From positions 472,265 to 536,264 of the forward strand of contig JAEZMD010000018.1 of the NCBI GenBank assembly GCA_023435745.1: 64,000 bases of DNA, read 5' to 3'. Source of the DNA: Bacillota bacterium (GTDB lineage: Bacteria > Bacillota > Clostridia > Acetivibrionales > DTU013). Shown piece after piece: positions 54,980 through 64,000 of the stretch. The position numbers and the translations under genes were made by a program. Numbering within the stretch: the first letter of the stretch is position 1; the number at the start of each line of letters is the position of its first letter. The notes beneath the pieces were generated by a model. That model saw only the letters and a list, made by a program, of their open reading frames with translations. It did no database searches and was not told the origin of the DNA.

Positions 54980-55853
54980 TAGACGGAAGCTTGATTTCTT
55001 TCCCTACCTGATGTCTTTGCCTTCATTAGTAGGGATCGGACTAATTTGCTTTTATCCCATGTTCCAAGGTATATATTTGAGCTTCACGAAAACAAAGTTG
55101 ACGGCGCCGGGGGATATGCGATTTATTGGCTTGGAAAATTTTCAAAAACTTGCCGTTGACAAACAATTTTGGAATTCATTTTATTTTACAATTGTATATA
55201 CCTTAGTATCTACCATATTTGCTTACCTGCTAGGCCTTGCTGTGGCATTGATGATGAATAGAGATTTAAGATTTAAAAGTGCCATAAGAGCATTATTGCT
55301 GCTTCCTTGGGTTGTACCTGCGGTTGTAGGGACAACTGCATGGCAGTGGATACTTAATGATCAGTCCGGTGTTGTTAACATTTTTTTGCAGAGCATCGGA
55401 TTAATAAAATCACCTATTCTATTTCTTGCAAATCCGGATTATGCAGTAATAACAGTTATCGCGTTTTGCGTATGGAAGACCTTCCCGTTTATGGCTATTA
55501 CAATCCTGGCAAGCTTGCAAGGAATAAGCGGTGATATAAATGAAGCGGCATTGATGGACGGTACTAATATATTTCAAAGATTTCACTATATTACATTACC
55601 AATGATCAAGCGAGAGAGTATTCTTGCAATTATGCTTATGATTATGTGGAACTTCAATAGGATGGACTACATATATCTTATGACACAAGGCGGCCCGGTT
55701 TCGGCAACTCGAGTATCAGCTATCTATGCATATTTTACGGCTTTCTTCAGAGGAAGCCTGGGTAGTGCTTCTGCTATATCTGTGTCAATGATGCTGATTA
55801 TGATTGCTTTTCTGTTTGTCTACTTTAAAATACGGAAGGATGGGAATGACTGA
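54960..55853 (+). CDS. carbohydrate ABC transporter permease (MalF/CUT1 type)
   Basis: Six TM helices and an EAA loop (EAALMDGTNIFQRFHYITLPM). ATG 54960 follows GGAGG and overlaps the GH3 3' end. Confidence 0.9.
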   Translation: MEKSPINRRKLDFFPYLMSLPSLVGIGLICFYPMFQGIYLSFTKTKLTAPGDMRFIGLENFQKLAVDKQFWNSFYFTIVYTLVSTIFAYLLGLAVALMMNRDLRFKSAIRALLLLPWVVPAVVGTTAWQWILNDQSGVVNIFLQSIGLIKSPILFLANPDYAVITVIAFCVWKTFPFMAITILASLQGISGDINEAALMDGTNIFQRFHYITLPMIKRESILAIMLMIMWNFNRMDYIYLMTQGGPVSATRVSAIYAYFTAFFRGSLGSASAISVSMMLIMIAFLFVYFKIRKDGND

Positions 55854-56686
55854 TGGCAAAGAAAATATTAAATAGAATTGGCGCCGATTTGTTGCTTGCA
55901 ATAATGTTATTCATTATCCTTTTTCCGATAATGTATATGATTATTACATCATTAAAATCCAGCGGTGAAATACTGGTAAATAGGAGCTTAGTACCAAAGG
56001 AGATTTCTCTGGAAAATTACAGAGAGATTGTTATTAAAACGAATTTTGGTAAATACACATTAAATTCATTATATGTAGCTATTATAGTTACAATATGGAC
56101 GACTATTTTTGCATCAATGACAGGCTATGTTATTGCGCTTTATAAAAATAAAAATATATTCTTTAATATTTTTTCAAAATTGCTTTTAGTGCTTCAAATG
56201 TTTCCAATTATGCTAATGATCATACCTCTTTACAGGACATTCTCACTTTTTGAATTACTTAATTCGAAAAATGCGCTAGTAATTATTTATGGTACATTTT
56301 CATTACCTTTTTCAATATGGCTTCTTTCAGGCTTTTTTGAAGGGTTCCCAAGAGAATTGGCGGAATCGGGCCGTATTGATGGGTGCAATAAACTGGAAAT
56401 ATTTATAAAGCTTGTGATTCCAATCTCGAGTCCGGGTATAGCGTCTGCAGCTATATTTACATTCATCAATTCATGGAATGAATTTATGATTGCAAATATA
56501 TTTATTCAAAGCGATTCAGAAAAAACAATTCCATTGGGTCTTACAAATTTCATTCTGCAATTCGGTTCAGAGTGGGGTAATTTGATGGCGGCAGCAACCA
56601 TCACTATTATACCGGTATCAATTTTCCTGGTCTTCACACAAAAGTATATTGTACAGGGTTTAACTGCCGGGGCAATTAAAGGATAG
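55853..56686 (+). CDS. carbohydrate ABC transporter permease (MalG/CUT1 type)
   Basis: EAA loop ESGRIDGCNKLEIFIKLVIPIS. ATGA overlap with the upstream permease. Confidence 0.9.
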   Translation: MAKKILNRIGADLLLAIMLFIILFPIMYMIITSLKSSGEILVNRSLVPKEISLENYREIVIKTNFGKYTLNSLYVAIIVTIWTTIFASMTGYVIALYKNKNIFFNIFSKLLLVLQMFPIMLMIIPLYRTFSLFELLNSKNALVIIYGTFSLPFSIWLLSGFFEGFPRELAESGRIDGCNKLEIFIKLVIPISSPGIASAAIFTFINSWNEFMIANIFIQSDSEKTIPLGLTNFILQFGSEWGNLMAAATITIIPVSIFLVFTQKYIVQGLTAGAIKG

Positions 56687-56797
56687 CTTTACGCGTAAAG
56701 GATCAATAATAAAGACGAGGAAAGGAGGAGAACCGGAAGGGTAAAGAAGTATGTTTAAATCCAGATGCAAAACAATTATATGAGGGGGGTAACAAGA

Positions 56798-58168
56798 ATG
56801 AAAAAACTAGTATGTCTTACCATGTGTTGTCTGCTTATATTTAGTATTGCAGCTTGCGGCAATACGGTAAATGAGAAATCACCTGCTACAAATGAGAAAT
56901 CACCTGCTACATCAGAGAGTACAGAACCAGCAGCTTCATCGGCAAGTACTCAGAAAGATACAGAAGCCGGTGATGTTACATTGGAGTTCTGGGACATGCC
57001 ATGGGGCGGTACAGATTATCAAGCGGAGGTTAACTCACTTTTAGCATCATATACAGAGAAAACAGGTATTAAGTTCAACTACACAAGTCTTTCTTGGGAT
57101 AAATGGCTGCAGGTTTTTATGACAGCTGTTTCCTCGGGAACCGCTCCTGATTTTAGTACAGGCGGGTCACTGTTAGGTCATCGTTTGGCTTTAACAGACG
57201 ATGCATACAATATGGCGGACTTTGTAAAAGAGAACTTCGAAGATGACTTCTTTGCTGATGAAGCTGTTGATACCTTCTATTCCGGGGACACACTTGTCGG
57301 CGTACCGTGGAATATGGATCTTCGCAGTATATACTACCGTAAAGATATATTTGAGAAAGCGGGCATCACTAAGCTCCCGACAACATGGGATGAGTTTTAT
57401 GAGACATGTAAAAAGTTAACACATGATAGTCAGTACGGATATGTTACAAGTGGCAGTGATAATATGGCATATTGGGAATTCATGTTTTGGTCAGTGAGTA
57501 ACGGAGGGCACTTCCTTAATAGTGAGATGAAATCTGAAATGGATAACGATGCAAACATAGAAGTGGCGAATTATCTTCGTAAGCTTTACAAGGATGGTCT
57601 CATGCCTGAGGGAACGCCGGGTTATACAAAGAGTGATTCAAAAACTGCATTCCTGTCAGGTACATCAGCTATGGTAATGGCAGGTCCAAGTTTTCTAGCT
57701 GAAATTAAAAAAGCTAATCTTGGGGATGTTGTCGGTGTACTTCCTCCTATGACATCACCTGGCGGATTAACACAGTCAGTTGGCAGCTTTAATGCGATAT
57801 TTGTTTATGCAGACTCGGAATATACAAAAGAATCACTTGATTTTATTTCATGGTATCTAAGAAACAATAGTACATTATGGTCAAAAGGTGGTATGGGATC
57901 TCTGCCGGCAGTAAAAAGTACTCTATCTGATAAGTTCTTTTCAGATAGTAAACTGCACAAGGAGCTTATTGATAATATCATTCCGAAGACCGTAATTCAA
58001 GCGTATCCGTTTAAGAGCTATTCAATTGAAATGGATCTGATGGACAGTGAGCAGTACTACACAGATGTTCTTCAGGCTGTTTATGTAACAGATACAGATG
58101 CAAAAGCAATTCTGGAAGATGCAGATGATAACTATAATGCTGCACTTGAAGAACTAAAGTCTAACTAA
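56798..58168 (+). CDS. extracellular solute-binding lipoprotein (CUT1 family)
   Basis: Lipobox FSIAAC and an SBP_bac_1-type sequence. Start at ATG 56798 after GAGGGGGG. The linker carries a perfect NEKSPAT duplication. No ATPase gene lies in the island. Confidence 0.88.
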   Translation: MKKLVCLTMCCLLIFSIAACGNTVNEKSPATNEKSPATSESTEPAASSASTQKDTEAGDVTLEFWDMPWGGTDYQAEVNSLLASYTEKTGIKFNYTSLSWDKWLQVFMTAVSSGTAPDFSTGGSLLGHRLALTDDAYNMADFVKENFEDDFFADEAVDTFYSGDTLVGVPWNMDLRSIYYRKDIFEKAGITKLPTTWDEFYETCKKLTHDSQYGYVTSGSDNMAYWEFMFWSVSNGGHFLNSEMKSEMDNDANIEVANYLRKLYKDGLMPEGTPGYTKSDSKTAFLSGTSAMVMAGPSFLAEIKKANLGDVVGVLPPMTSPGGLTQSVGSFNAIFVYADSEYTKESLDFISWYLRNNSTLWSKGGMGSLPAVKSTLSDKFFSDSKLHKELIDNIIPKTVIQAYPFKSYSIEMDLMDSEQYYTDVLQAVYVTDTDAKAILEDADDNYNAALEELKSN

Positions 58169-58181
58169 AATTAAAAGCGTC

Positions 58182-58213
58182 ATTCGGCGCCTGTGGTTAT
58201 ACAGGCGCCGAAT
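58182..58213 (+). terminator. GC-rich stem-loop after the binding-protein gene (putative terminator)
   Basis: attcggcgcctgt / acaggcgccgaat: 13-bp perfect stem, 6-nt loop. The T-rich tract is on the opposite-strand side only, so efficiency is uncertain. Confidence 0.5.
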
Positions 58214-58350
58214 AATGCATGACAAACGGCAATACCTTTTGACGTGGTTCTGTAATTGGGTATGGAATATTTGTTTAATATAGTCATTTTGCAGTATTTA
58301 TGTTAGACTTAAATAAACTATTTAATTAATAAAGATGGAGTCAATATAAT

Positions 58351-59535
58351 ATGAGTAATGCAACATACTTAAAAAAAGAGAATATTAAACAGGTTGTTCA
58401 TGCAATCATTAACAATGAACTGATTTCCGTTCCTAAAATAGCACAAGTCACAGAGCTTACCGGTGCTACGGTACATGGAATCACATCAAAATTAGAAGCG
58501 CAAGGAGTATTATCAAAATGTGGCTATTCTTCTTCAAACGGAGGAAGAAAAGCACAATTATATACATTAAATAAAGATTATAAGTATTTGGTTGGAATAT
58601 CGATTCGGACAAACAAAATAGCTGTTGGTATATTTGATTTTAAAATGAATTTGATTTGTAAATCCGAAGCTTACAGAGATTTAGGTGAAAAAAGCGTTGA
58701 GGAAACTATTCATCATATATACTCCTTTCTTGATAAAACAATAAAAGAAAGCCGGGTGGATCATAACAAAATTGCGTCTATTGGCATTAATGTACCGGGG
58801 CCGGTTGATTATCTGGCTGGGAAAGTGATTGCCCTCCGAGGGTATCCTAAATGGCACAATATTAACCTGGCATACCAGCTGAAACAGTTAGTTGGAATTC
58901 CGGTATATATTGATAAGGATGTTAGCAGTGGGCTATTGCTTATTAAGCAAATATATAAATGCCAGGACAATTCAAATGTGCTGTATATATCTATTGATGG
59001 CGGTATTGGTGCCAGTATAATGACAGGCGGGCAGATTTACAGAGGGAATCACGGTGTAGCTGGAGAGATTGGTCATACTACTGTCCAGCAGAATGGGGAG
59101 CGCTGTAATTGTGGTAATATCGGTTGCCTTGAGCTTGTATCTTCGGATTATGCAATTATAAGAAAGTCTAAAAAGATACTGGGTATACCGGACAAACAGA
59201 ATTTTTCAATTGATGATGCTATTCAAAAATACAAAGAAGGCTGCAGTGAGATAAATGATGTTTTTATTGAAGCGACAATGTATCTGGCAACAACAATCCG
59301 AAATTCATTTATGATCTATGATCCTGACGATATTTATATTAGGTGTAAATGGCTTGAATTCAATAAAACATTGTTATTTAAATTAATTGATGAGCTTTAT
59401 GATAATAACACATTGATTGATAGAGGTGATGTAAAGATATCTCTGATACAAGAAGAGAATTTTGTTTTAAGGAGTGCTGCAATTATTGCATGGAATAATG
59501 AGTTGCATTCTATTGACACCAGTTTTGATTATTAG
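58351..59535 (+). CDS. ROK-family transcriptional repressor (N-terminal winged HTH plus ROK sugar-binding domain)
   Basis: N-terminal HTH (ISVPKIAQVTELTGATVHGITSKLEAQGVL), ROK signature GEIGH and zinc motif CNCGNIGCLE. Confidence 0.88.
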   Translation: MSNATYLKKENIKQVVHAIINNELISVPKIAQVTELTGATVHGITSKLEAQGVLSKCGYSSSNGGRKAQLYTLNKDYKYLVGISIRTNKIAVGIFDFKMNLICKSEAYRDLGEKSVEETIHHIYSFLDKTIKESRVDHNKIASIGINVPGPVDYLAGKVIALRGYPKWHNINLAYQLKQLVGIPVYIDKDVSSGLLLIKQIYKCQDNSNVLYISIDGGIGASIMTGGQIYRGNHGVAGEIGHTTVQQNGERCNCGNIGCLELVSSDYAIIRKSKKILGIPDKQNFSIDDAIQKYKEGCSEINDVFIEATMYLATTIRNSFMIYDPDDIYIRCKWLEFNKTLLFKLIDELYDNNTLIDRGDVKISLIQEENFVLRSAAIIAWNNELHSIDTSFDY

Positions 59536-59564
59536 AATTTAAAGCTTATGAAGGGGGAATCATT

Positions 59565-60134
59565 TTGAAAACATATTTAAATAATTATATAAATGAAGTA
59601 GCCAGTAATGTTTGTAAGAGCGATATAGAAATATTGGGTAAAATTGCTGAATTTATTATAAATACAAAAAAAACAAATTCTCGCATTTTTACTGCAGGTA
59701 ATGGTGGAAGTGCTGCTACAGCATCACATATTACGAATGATTTGCTAAAGGGATGCCGAGTAGGTTCAAATACAGGATTTGCTGCTTTTTCGCTAAATGA
59801 TTCGGTACCAATAATAACATGTCTTGCAAATGATTTTAGCTATGATGAGGTTTATTCAATTCAACTTGAGACTTATGGGCAAAAAGGTGATTTGCTTATT
59901 GTATTTAGCGGAAGCGGGAATTCCAGAAATATAGTAAATGCGGTTAAAAAAGCAAAAGAAATGGGTATCGTGACAGTTGGATTTACTGGCCGCGACGGAG
60001 GTGAATTGAAACATTTGTGCGATATGCTAATTATTGCTCCAACAAAATCAATGGAACAGATTGAAGATATTCACATGATATATGAGCACGCCTTGGTTAG
60101 TTATATACAAGAAGCCTTGAAGGAATTGGTATAA
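59565..60134 (+). CDS. SIS-domain sugar-phosphate isomerase (GmhA/DiaA-like)
   Basis: 189 aa with FTAGNGGSAATASH...LIVFSGSGNS...VGFTGRDGG. TTG start after GAAGGGGGA. Confidence 0.8.
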   Translation: MKTYLNNYINEVASNVCKSDIEILGKIAEFIINTKKTNSRIFTAGNGGSAATASHITNDLLKGCRVGSNTGFAAFSLNDSVPIITCLANDFSYDEVYSIQLETYGQKGDLLIVFSGSGNSRNIVNAVKKAKEMGIVTVGFTGRDGGELKHLCDMLIIAPTKSMEQIEDIHMIYEHALVSYIQEALKELV

Positions 60135-60138
60135 TAAG

Positions 60139-61089
60139 ATGAATATAGGAGCTATTGATATTGGAGGTACAAAAACAATTGTTGCAATTTCAGATGAAAA
60201 TAGCAACATTCTTGAGAAGGTCACATTCAAAACGCCCTTAAAGGATTGTTATCAAACATTTGATTTATGTTGCAGGTATTTGTATGAGCTAACCGCAAAG
60301 CTTTCCATCAATATTAGTGATTTATATGGAATCGGCATAAATGTTCCCGGGATGTTTAATTCTGATACACAAAAATTGATTAAGGCTCCATTTGCGACAT
60401 GGGAAAATATCCCTGTAACAGAGTATTTCAAAATAAAGCTTAATTTTCAAAAAGTATTTGTAGAAAATGATGTTAATAATTGTGCACTTGGCGAAAAATA
60501 TTTCGGCTACCAGGATTTATATAACAACTATATTTGGATTACTGTAAGTACGGGAATTGGCAGTGCGATTGTTATAAATGGTAAAATTCTGCATGGGAAT
60601 GATAATATGGCTGGCGAAATCGGACATGTAAAGGTAGAATACGAGCAGCCGATAAAGTGCACATGCGGTGCGTATGGATGCCTTGAGGGGTACGCATCAG
60701 GCAACGCAATCACTCAAAAAGTAATTGCAAGAATAAAAGATGACAATAATTTTAGAAATGAGTTTGAATGCAGAAATCTTAGCTTTGATGCAAAAGGATG
60801 CTCATACTTGGCGGAAATTGGTGTGCCAAGTGCTGTTGAGATTTATGATAATATGGCAAACTACTTATCAAGGGGAATTGCTGCTGCAATCAATTTAATA
60901 AATCCTCAGGTCGTTATTATAGGCGGGGGTGTTGCACGCTCATTTGATTTGTTACTGCCGTTGATTAGAAAGCATATTAAGAATTACATTCTAAATACCT
61001 TATCAAATGTGCCAATCATACAGACAAAGCTTGGATACGAAGCAGCGTTGGTTGGAACGATTGCCTTAGTGCTCGAAAACACGAAATAA
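60139..61089 (+). CDS. ROK-family sugar kinase
   Basis: N-terminal ATP motif IGAIDIGGTKT, GEIGH, and zinc motif CTCGAYGCLE. No HTH. Confidence 0.88.
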   Translation: MNIGAIDIGGTKTIVAISDENSNILEKVTFKTPLKDCYQTFDLCCRYLYELTAKLSINISDLYGIGINVPGMFNSDTQKLIKAPFATWENIPVTEYFKIKLNFQKVFVENDVNNCALGEKYFGYQDLYNNYIWITVSTGIGSAIVINGKILHGNDNMAGEIGHVKVEYEQPIKCTCGAYGCLEGYASGNAITQKVIARIKDDNNFRNEFECRNLSFDAKGCSYLAEIGVPSAVEIYDNMANYLSRGIAAAINLINPQVVIIGGGVARSFDLLLPLIRKHIKNYILNTLSNVPIIQTKLGYEAALVGTIALVLENTK

Positions 61090-61163
61090 AGTAGTTTAGA
61101 TATTGCCAATGATTTTATTATTTCGTTCATGCTATTATATCAGTTCAATGTCGAGGGGGCTAA

Positions 61164-62366
61164 ATGCCGTTGAAAATTGAAAACAGAAGTAAGATTACCT
61201 TGATAATATGTTGTTTTGCCTATGCTTGTATCTATACAGGAAGAATGAATTTATCAATAGCTACACCATTATTTCAAAATAATGGTGTACTGGATAAAAT
61301 TGAAATTGGAATTCTGGGGAGTGCATTTTTTGGAGTTTATGCTTTTGGTCGTATTCTAAATGGTTATAGTGGCGATAAAAGGTCCCCGCGGCTATTGATG
61401 ACAATTTCTCTTTGCGGGGCGGGACTGTGTAATATTTTTTTTAGTATTATGTCCCAATTTACAGGGATGCTATTATTATGGGCGGCCAATGGCTTTTTTC
61501 AGTCTATACTTTGGGGGCCTACTTTAAAGGCTGTTGCGCTGACGTATGGAGAAAAAAGTAAAAAAAAAGGAGCTGTGATGATTCTTTCATCTTCTGTCGG
61601 AATTGGAAGTATATTAGCTATAGGCATCGCAACATTTAACGCGAATGTTAGTGTACAAATGGTTTTCCTAATACCTGGAATTATTATGGTGTGTATGGGT
61701 ATTGTCGTGTGGCTTTTTTTATCTGTTGAAAAACAGTTGGATGAACAAAAAATACCACCCCTTTGTTTTAGGAAAATGCTAAAGAGCACTAACCTTTTTA
61801 ACATATTAGTTCCGGCAGCTATACATGGTATGATAAAAGATAATTTAGTACTATGGGTACCTCTTTTATTTATAGAAATGTTTGATTTGAATGTTGCATC
61901 TGCAGCGATATACATTTTTATGATGCCTATTGCAACTTTATTTGGCAGACTAATGTTTCCGTTTCTTTATAAGGCTTTTAAACAAAGGGAGTTATCTGTT
62001 GCATCATTTTCATTCCTTTTATGTGCGGTATCTTTAGTACCATTCGTTATTTGGAAACCTTCGCTTATATTGGCGACATTACTGTTAATTCTTGTTGCTT
62101 CTTTTACTTCCATGATAAATGCCTCATTTTTATCTATATATCCGCTGCATTTCCAAAAGAGCGATCAGATTTCTACTGTTTCAGGTATAATTGATTTTGC
62201 TACATATGCAGGATCGGCAATCGGATCGGCTATTTTCGGAATGCTAATTTACTCGTTAGGATATTCATCTATGATTTTTGTATGGGTTTTACTATGCTTT
62301 ATTTCAGTATTAATCTGCATATTTGCTGAAATAAAAAAAGTAAAAAATTCCTATAATATTTCATAA
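61164..62366 (+). CDS. MFS transporter, organophosphate:Pi antiporter (UhpC/GlpT-like) family
   Basis: Twelve TM helices. The N-terminal CFAYACIYTGRMNLSIATP...GYSGDKRSPR resembles the OPA-family signature. Confidence 0.75.
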   Translation: MPLKIENRSKITLIICCFAYACIYTGRMNLSIATPLFQNNGVLDKIEIGILGSAFFGVYAFGRILNGYSGDKRSPRLLMTISLCGAGLCNIFFSIMSQFTGMLLLWAANGFFQSILWGPTLKAVALTYGEKSKKKGAVMILSSSVGIGSILAIGIATFNANVSVQMVFLIPGIIMVCMGIVVWLFLSVEKQLDEQKIPPLCFRKMLKSTNLFNILVPAAIHGMIKDNLVLWVPLLFIEMFDLNVASAAIYIFMMPIATLFGRLMFPFLYKAFKQRELSVASFSFLLCAVSLVPFVIWKPSLILATLLLILVASFTSMINASFLSIYPLHFQKSDQISTVSGIIDFATYAGSAIGSAIFGMLIYSLGYSSMIFVWVLLCFISVLICIFAEIKKVKNSYNIS

Positions 62367-62508
62367 ACAACTGGCTCGTATTTGCAGCAAGTCCGATGAT
62401 GTCATCAATGTGGTCGGCGGAGTAATTTTTAGTGAAGTATGCACCTCCTTGTTTTCTTTGTCCGATATGCTAAAATAGTGCATATTAAAGCAGTTTGGAA
62501 GGAATCTC

Positions 62509-63858
62509 ATGGGAACGGCTGTACATCCGCCAAAGAGCGTATCTATAATATTGAGCGTATTGAAAGAGCATGGCTATGAAGCCTATGTAGTGGGTGGCTG
62601 TGTGCGGGACTCAGTAATGGGTGTTGAACCGAAGGACTGGGACATTGCCTCCAATGCGCTGCCGTCTGTCATAAAAGAACTCTTTCCGAGAACCGCCGAT
62701 ACCGGACTCAGGCATGGAACGGTCACTGTGCTGCTGGATGGGGAGGCTTTCGAGGTCACTACCTTCCGGATAGACGGAGAGTACGGCGACAGCAGGCATC
62801 CGGAACAGGTCGAATTCACGGATTTGATTGAGGAGGATCTTCGTCGGAGGGATTTTACGATCAATGCCATGGCCTGGAATGAGGAGATAGGCCTGGTTGA
62901 CCCCTTTGGCGGAATGCGGGATATCGCTGACAGCTGCATCAGGTGCGCCGGAGATCCGAATGAGAGATTCCGTGAGGACGCGCTTCGGATGCTGAGGGCT
63001 GTTAGGTTTGCGGCCAGACTTGGGTTTCAGATTGAGTCTGGCACAAAAAGAGGGATCGCCGAAAACAGTAACCTGATCCTTCATATCAGCAGTGAGAGAA
63101 TCCGGGATGAACTGACGGGAATCCTCACAGCGGATCACCCGATGGAATTTCTTCTTCTGAGGGGCACCGGCCTGCTCAGAAGGATCCTGCCTGAGGTGGA
63201 GGCCTGCTTCGACACATTACAAAATAACCCCCATCATATATATAATGTTGGAGAGCACAGCATACGTGCGGTTGCTGCCATTGAAAACAACAGATGTCTG
63301 AGATGGGCGATGCTGCTGCATGACATCGGAAAGGCCGTGACGCGGACTACTGATGAAAAAGGGGTGGACCATTTTTACGGACATGCGGCCAAAAGTACGG
63401 AAATGGCGGAGAGTATCCTTCGCAGGCTGAGGTTTGACAACAGAAGTCTGGACAGGATTCTGCGGCTAATCCGGTATCATGACCGGGAAATCGTTCCACA
63501 GCCGACTGCCGTCGCAAGGGCGGTCAATCAGATCGGGGAAGATATTTTTCCGGAGCTTCTGAAGGTGAAGCGGGCGGACAGGTCGGCACAGAATCCGGAA
63601 GACTTGGATAAAGGTCTTGAGGCAATCGACCAGATCGAAGAGGTTTATATGGAACTGCTGGAACAGAAGCATTGTCTGAAGTTGAAGGATTTGGCTGTCA
63701 ATGGGGAGGATCTGATCAGGATGGGCTTTAAAAAAGGCCCGGAAATCGGGAAGGTGCTTGAGGCTTTGTTTGACAGGGTGCTGGCGGATTCAACGCTGAA
63801 CGATAGGGAAATACTGAAGGGTATTGCAAATAAAATTCTGGAACAAAGATCTGAATAG
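62509..63858 (+). CDS. cca: CCA-adding tRNA nucleotidyltransferase with HD domain
   Basis: GYEAYVVGGCVRD, DWDI, RRDFTINA, and an HD region LLHDIGK. RBS GGAAGGA. Confidence 0.9.
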   Translation: MGTAVHPPKSVSIILSVLKEHGYEAYVVGGCVRDSVMGVEPKDWDIASNALPSVIKELFPRTADTGLRHGTVTVLLDGEAFEVTTFRIDGEYGDSRHPEQVEFTDLIEEDLRRRDFTINAMAWNEEIGLVDPFGGMRDIADSCIRCAGDPNERFREDALRMLRAVRFAARLGFQIESGTKRGIAENSNLILHISSERIRDELTGILTADHPMEFLLLRGTGLLRRILPEVEACFDTLQNNPHHIYNVGEHSIRAVAAIENNRCLRWAMLLHDIGKAVTRTTDEKGVDHFYGHAAKSTEMAESILRRLRFDNRSLDRILRLIRYHDREIVPQPTAVARAVNQIGEDIFPELLKVKRADRSAQNPEDLDKGLEAIDQIEEVYMELLEQKHCLKLKDLAVNGEDLIRMGFKKGPEIGKVLEALFDRVLADSTLNDREILKGIANKILEQRSE

Positions 63859-63870
63859 AGATCTGAATAG
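63847..63870 (+). repeat. perfect 12-nt tandem duplication of the cca 3' end including its stop codon
   Basis: agatctgaatag (63847-58, ...R S E stop) is immediately repeated at 63859-70. Confidence 0.95.
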
Positions 63871-63912
63871 CATTGATATCATTGTTTAATTATGACTTGG
63901 GAATATGATGAG

Positions 63913-63940
63913 TTGACAATATTGAACCAAGTGATAGAAT
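63913..63940 (+). promoter_or_regulatory. sigma-A-type promoter for the gene starting at the window edge
   Basis: TTGACA (63913-18), 16-nt spacer, TAGAAT (63935-40). Confidence 0.5.
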
Positions 63941-63977
63941 TTATGAAAGATACAGTATGTTTGAGGGTGGTGCAAAT

Positions 63978-64000
63978 ATGGGAGATTTATTGAAGGGCAG
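63978..64000 (+). CDS. 5' end of an unidentified CDS running off the window
   Basis: ATG 63978 (MGDLLKG...) lies 7-8 nt after GAGGGTGG. Only 7 codons are visible. Confidence 0.3.

Noticed and set aside
1-64000. CRISPR arrays, tRNA/rRNA genes, IS elements, integrases, prophage or recognisable defence-system genes (RM, Abi, CBASS, retron RT, etc.)
   Set aside because: None seen on reading both strands. No regularly spaced repeat/spacer arrays, no tRNA T-arm/anticodon-like sequences in the intergenic gaps, and no transposase, recombinase or RT motifs in any ORF.

Overview
This is a 64-kb chromosomal window. Protein similarities (SpoIIE-type PP2C, a XylFII/LytS/YesN-type sugar sensor, Ruminococcus/Bacteroides-type mannan phosphorolysis genes), strong GGAGG Shine-Dalgarno sites and ATGA-coupled operons point to a Clostridia-class Firmicute; that is inference. 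I call about 52 protein-coding genes. I see no rRNA, tRNA, CRISPR array, transposase, integrase or phage gene. Gene order, left to right: hsp20 and a DUF1848 gene. A four-gene RR/ABC/ABC-2/HK peptide-immunity-type module. A ChvE/GguAB-type sugar ABC importer followed by a membrane-anchored binding protein, a LytS-type kinase, an AraC-type regulator and an orphan XylF homologue. Assorted membrane proteins and a membrane PP2C phosphatase. A DEAD-box helicase and a DUF2935 gene. feoAB with a DtxR-family regulator. trkAH. A split chromate-transporter pair with a ferredoxin. xth, a nuclease-DinG helicase, engB and a family-6 UDG. A mannan module (LacI, GH130, and an epimerase-GH130 fusion). htrA. 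A murA paralogue, a Memo-like gene and a giant alpha-2-macroglobulin-like gene. A markedly AT-rich ~10-kb glycoside island (GH3, ABC importer, ROK regulator, SIS, ROK kinase, OPA-type MFS). Finally cca. I did not find a clear-cut new multi-gene defence system. The observations most worth follow-up are: (1) a natural fusion of cellobiose 2-epimerase with mannosylglucose phosphorylase; (2) a membrane-anchored, thioester-less A2M-like protein paired with an apparently exported Memo-family protein, next to a Cys-to-Asp MurA paralogue; (3) a free-standing promoter/structure/U-tract unit that looks like an unannotated sRNA downstream of trkH; (4) a 202-nt rod-like palindrome; (5) a structured, terminator-bearing leader before trkA that does not look like the known c-di-AMP riboswitch; (6) tandem reiteration of CDS 3' ends just past the stop codon, clear at two genes and weaker at two more. 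All family assignments come from my reading of the translated ORFs. No database search was run.
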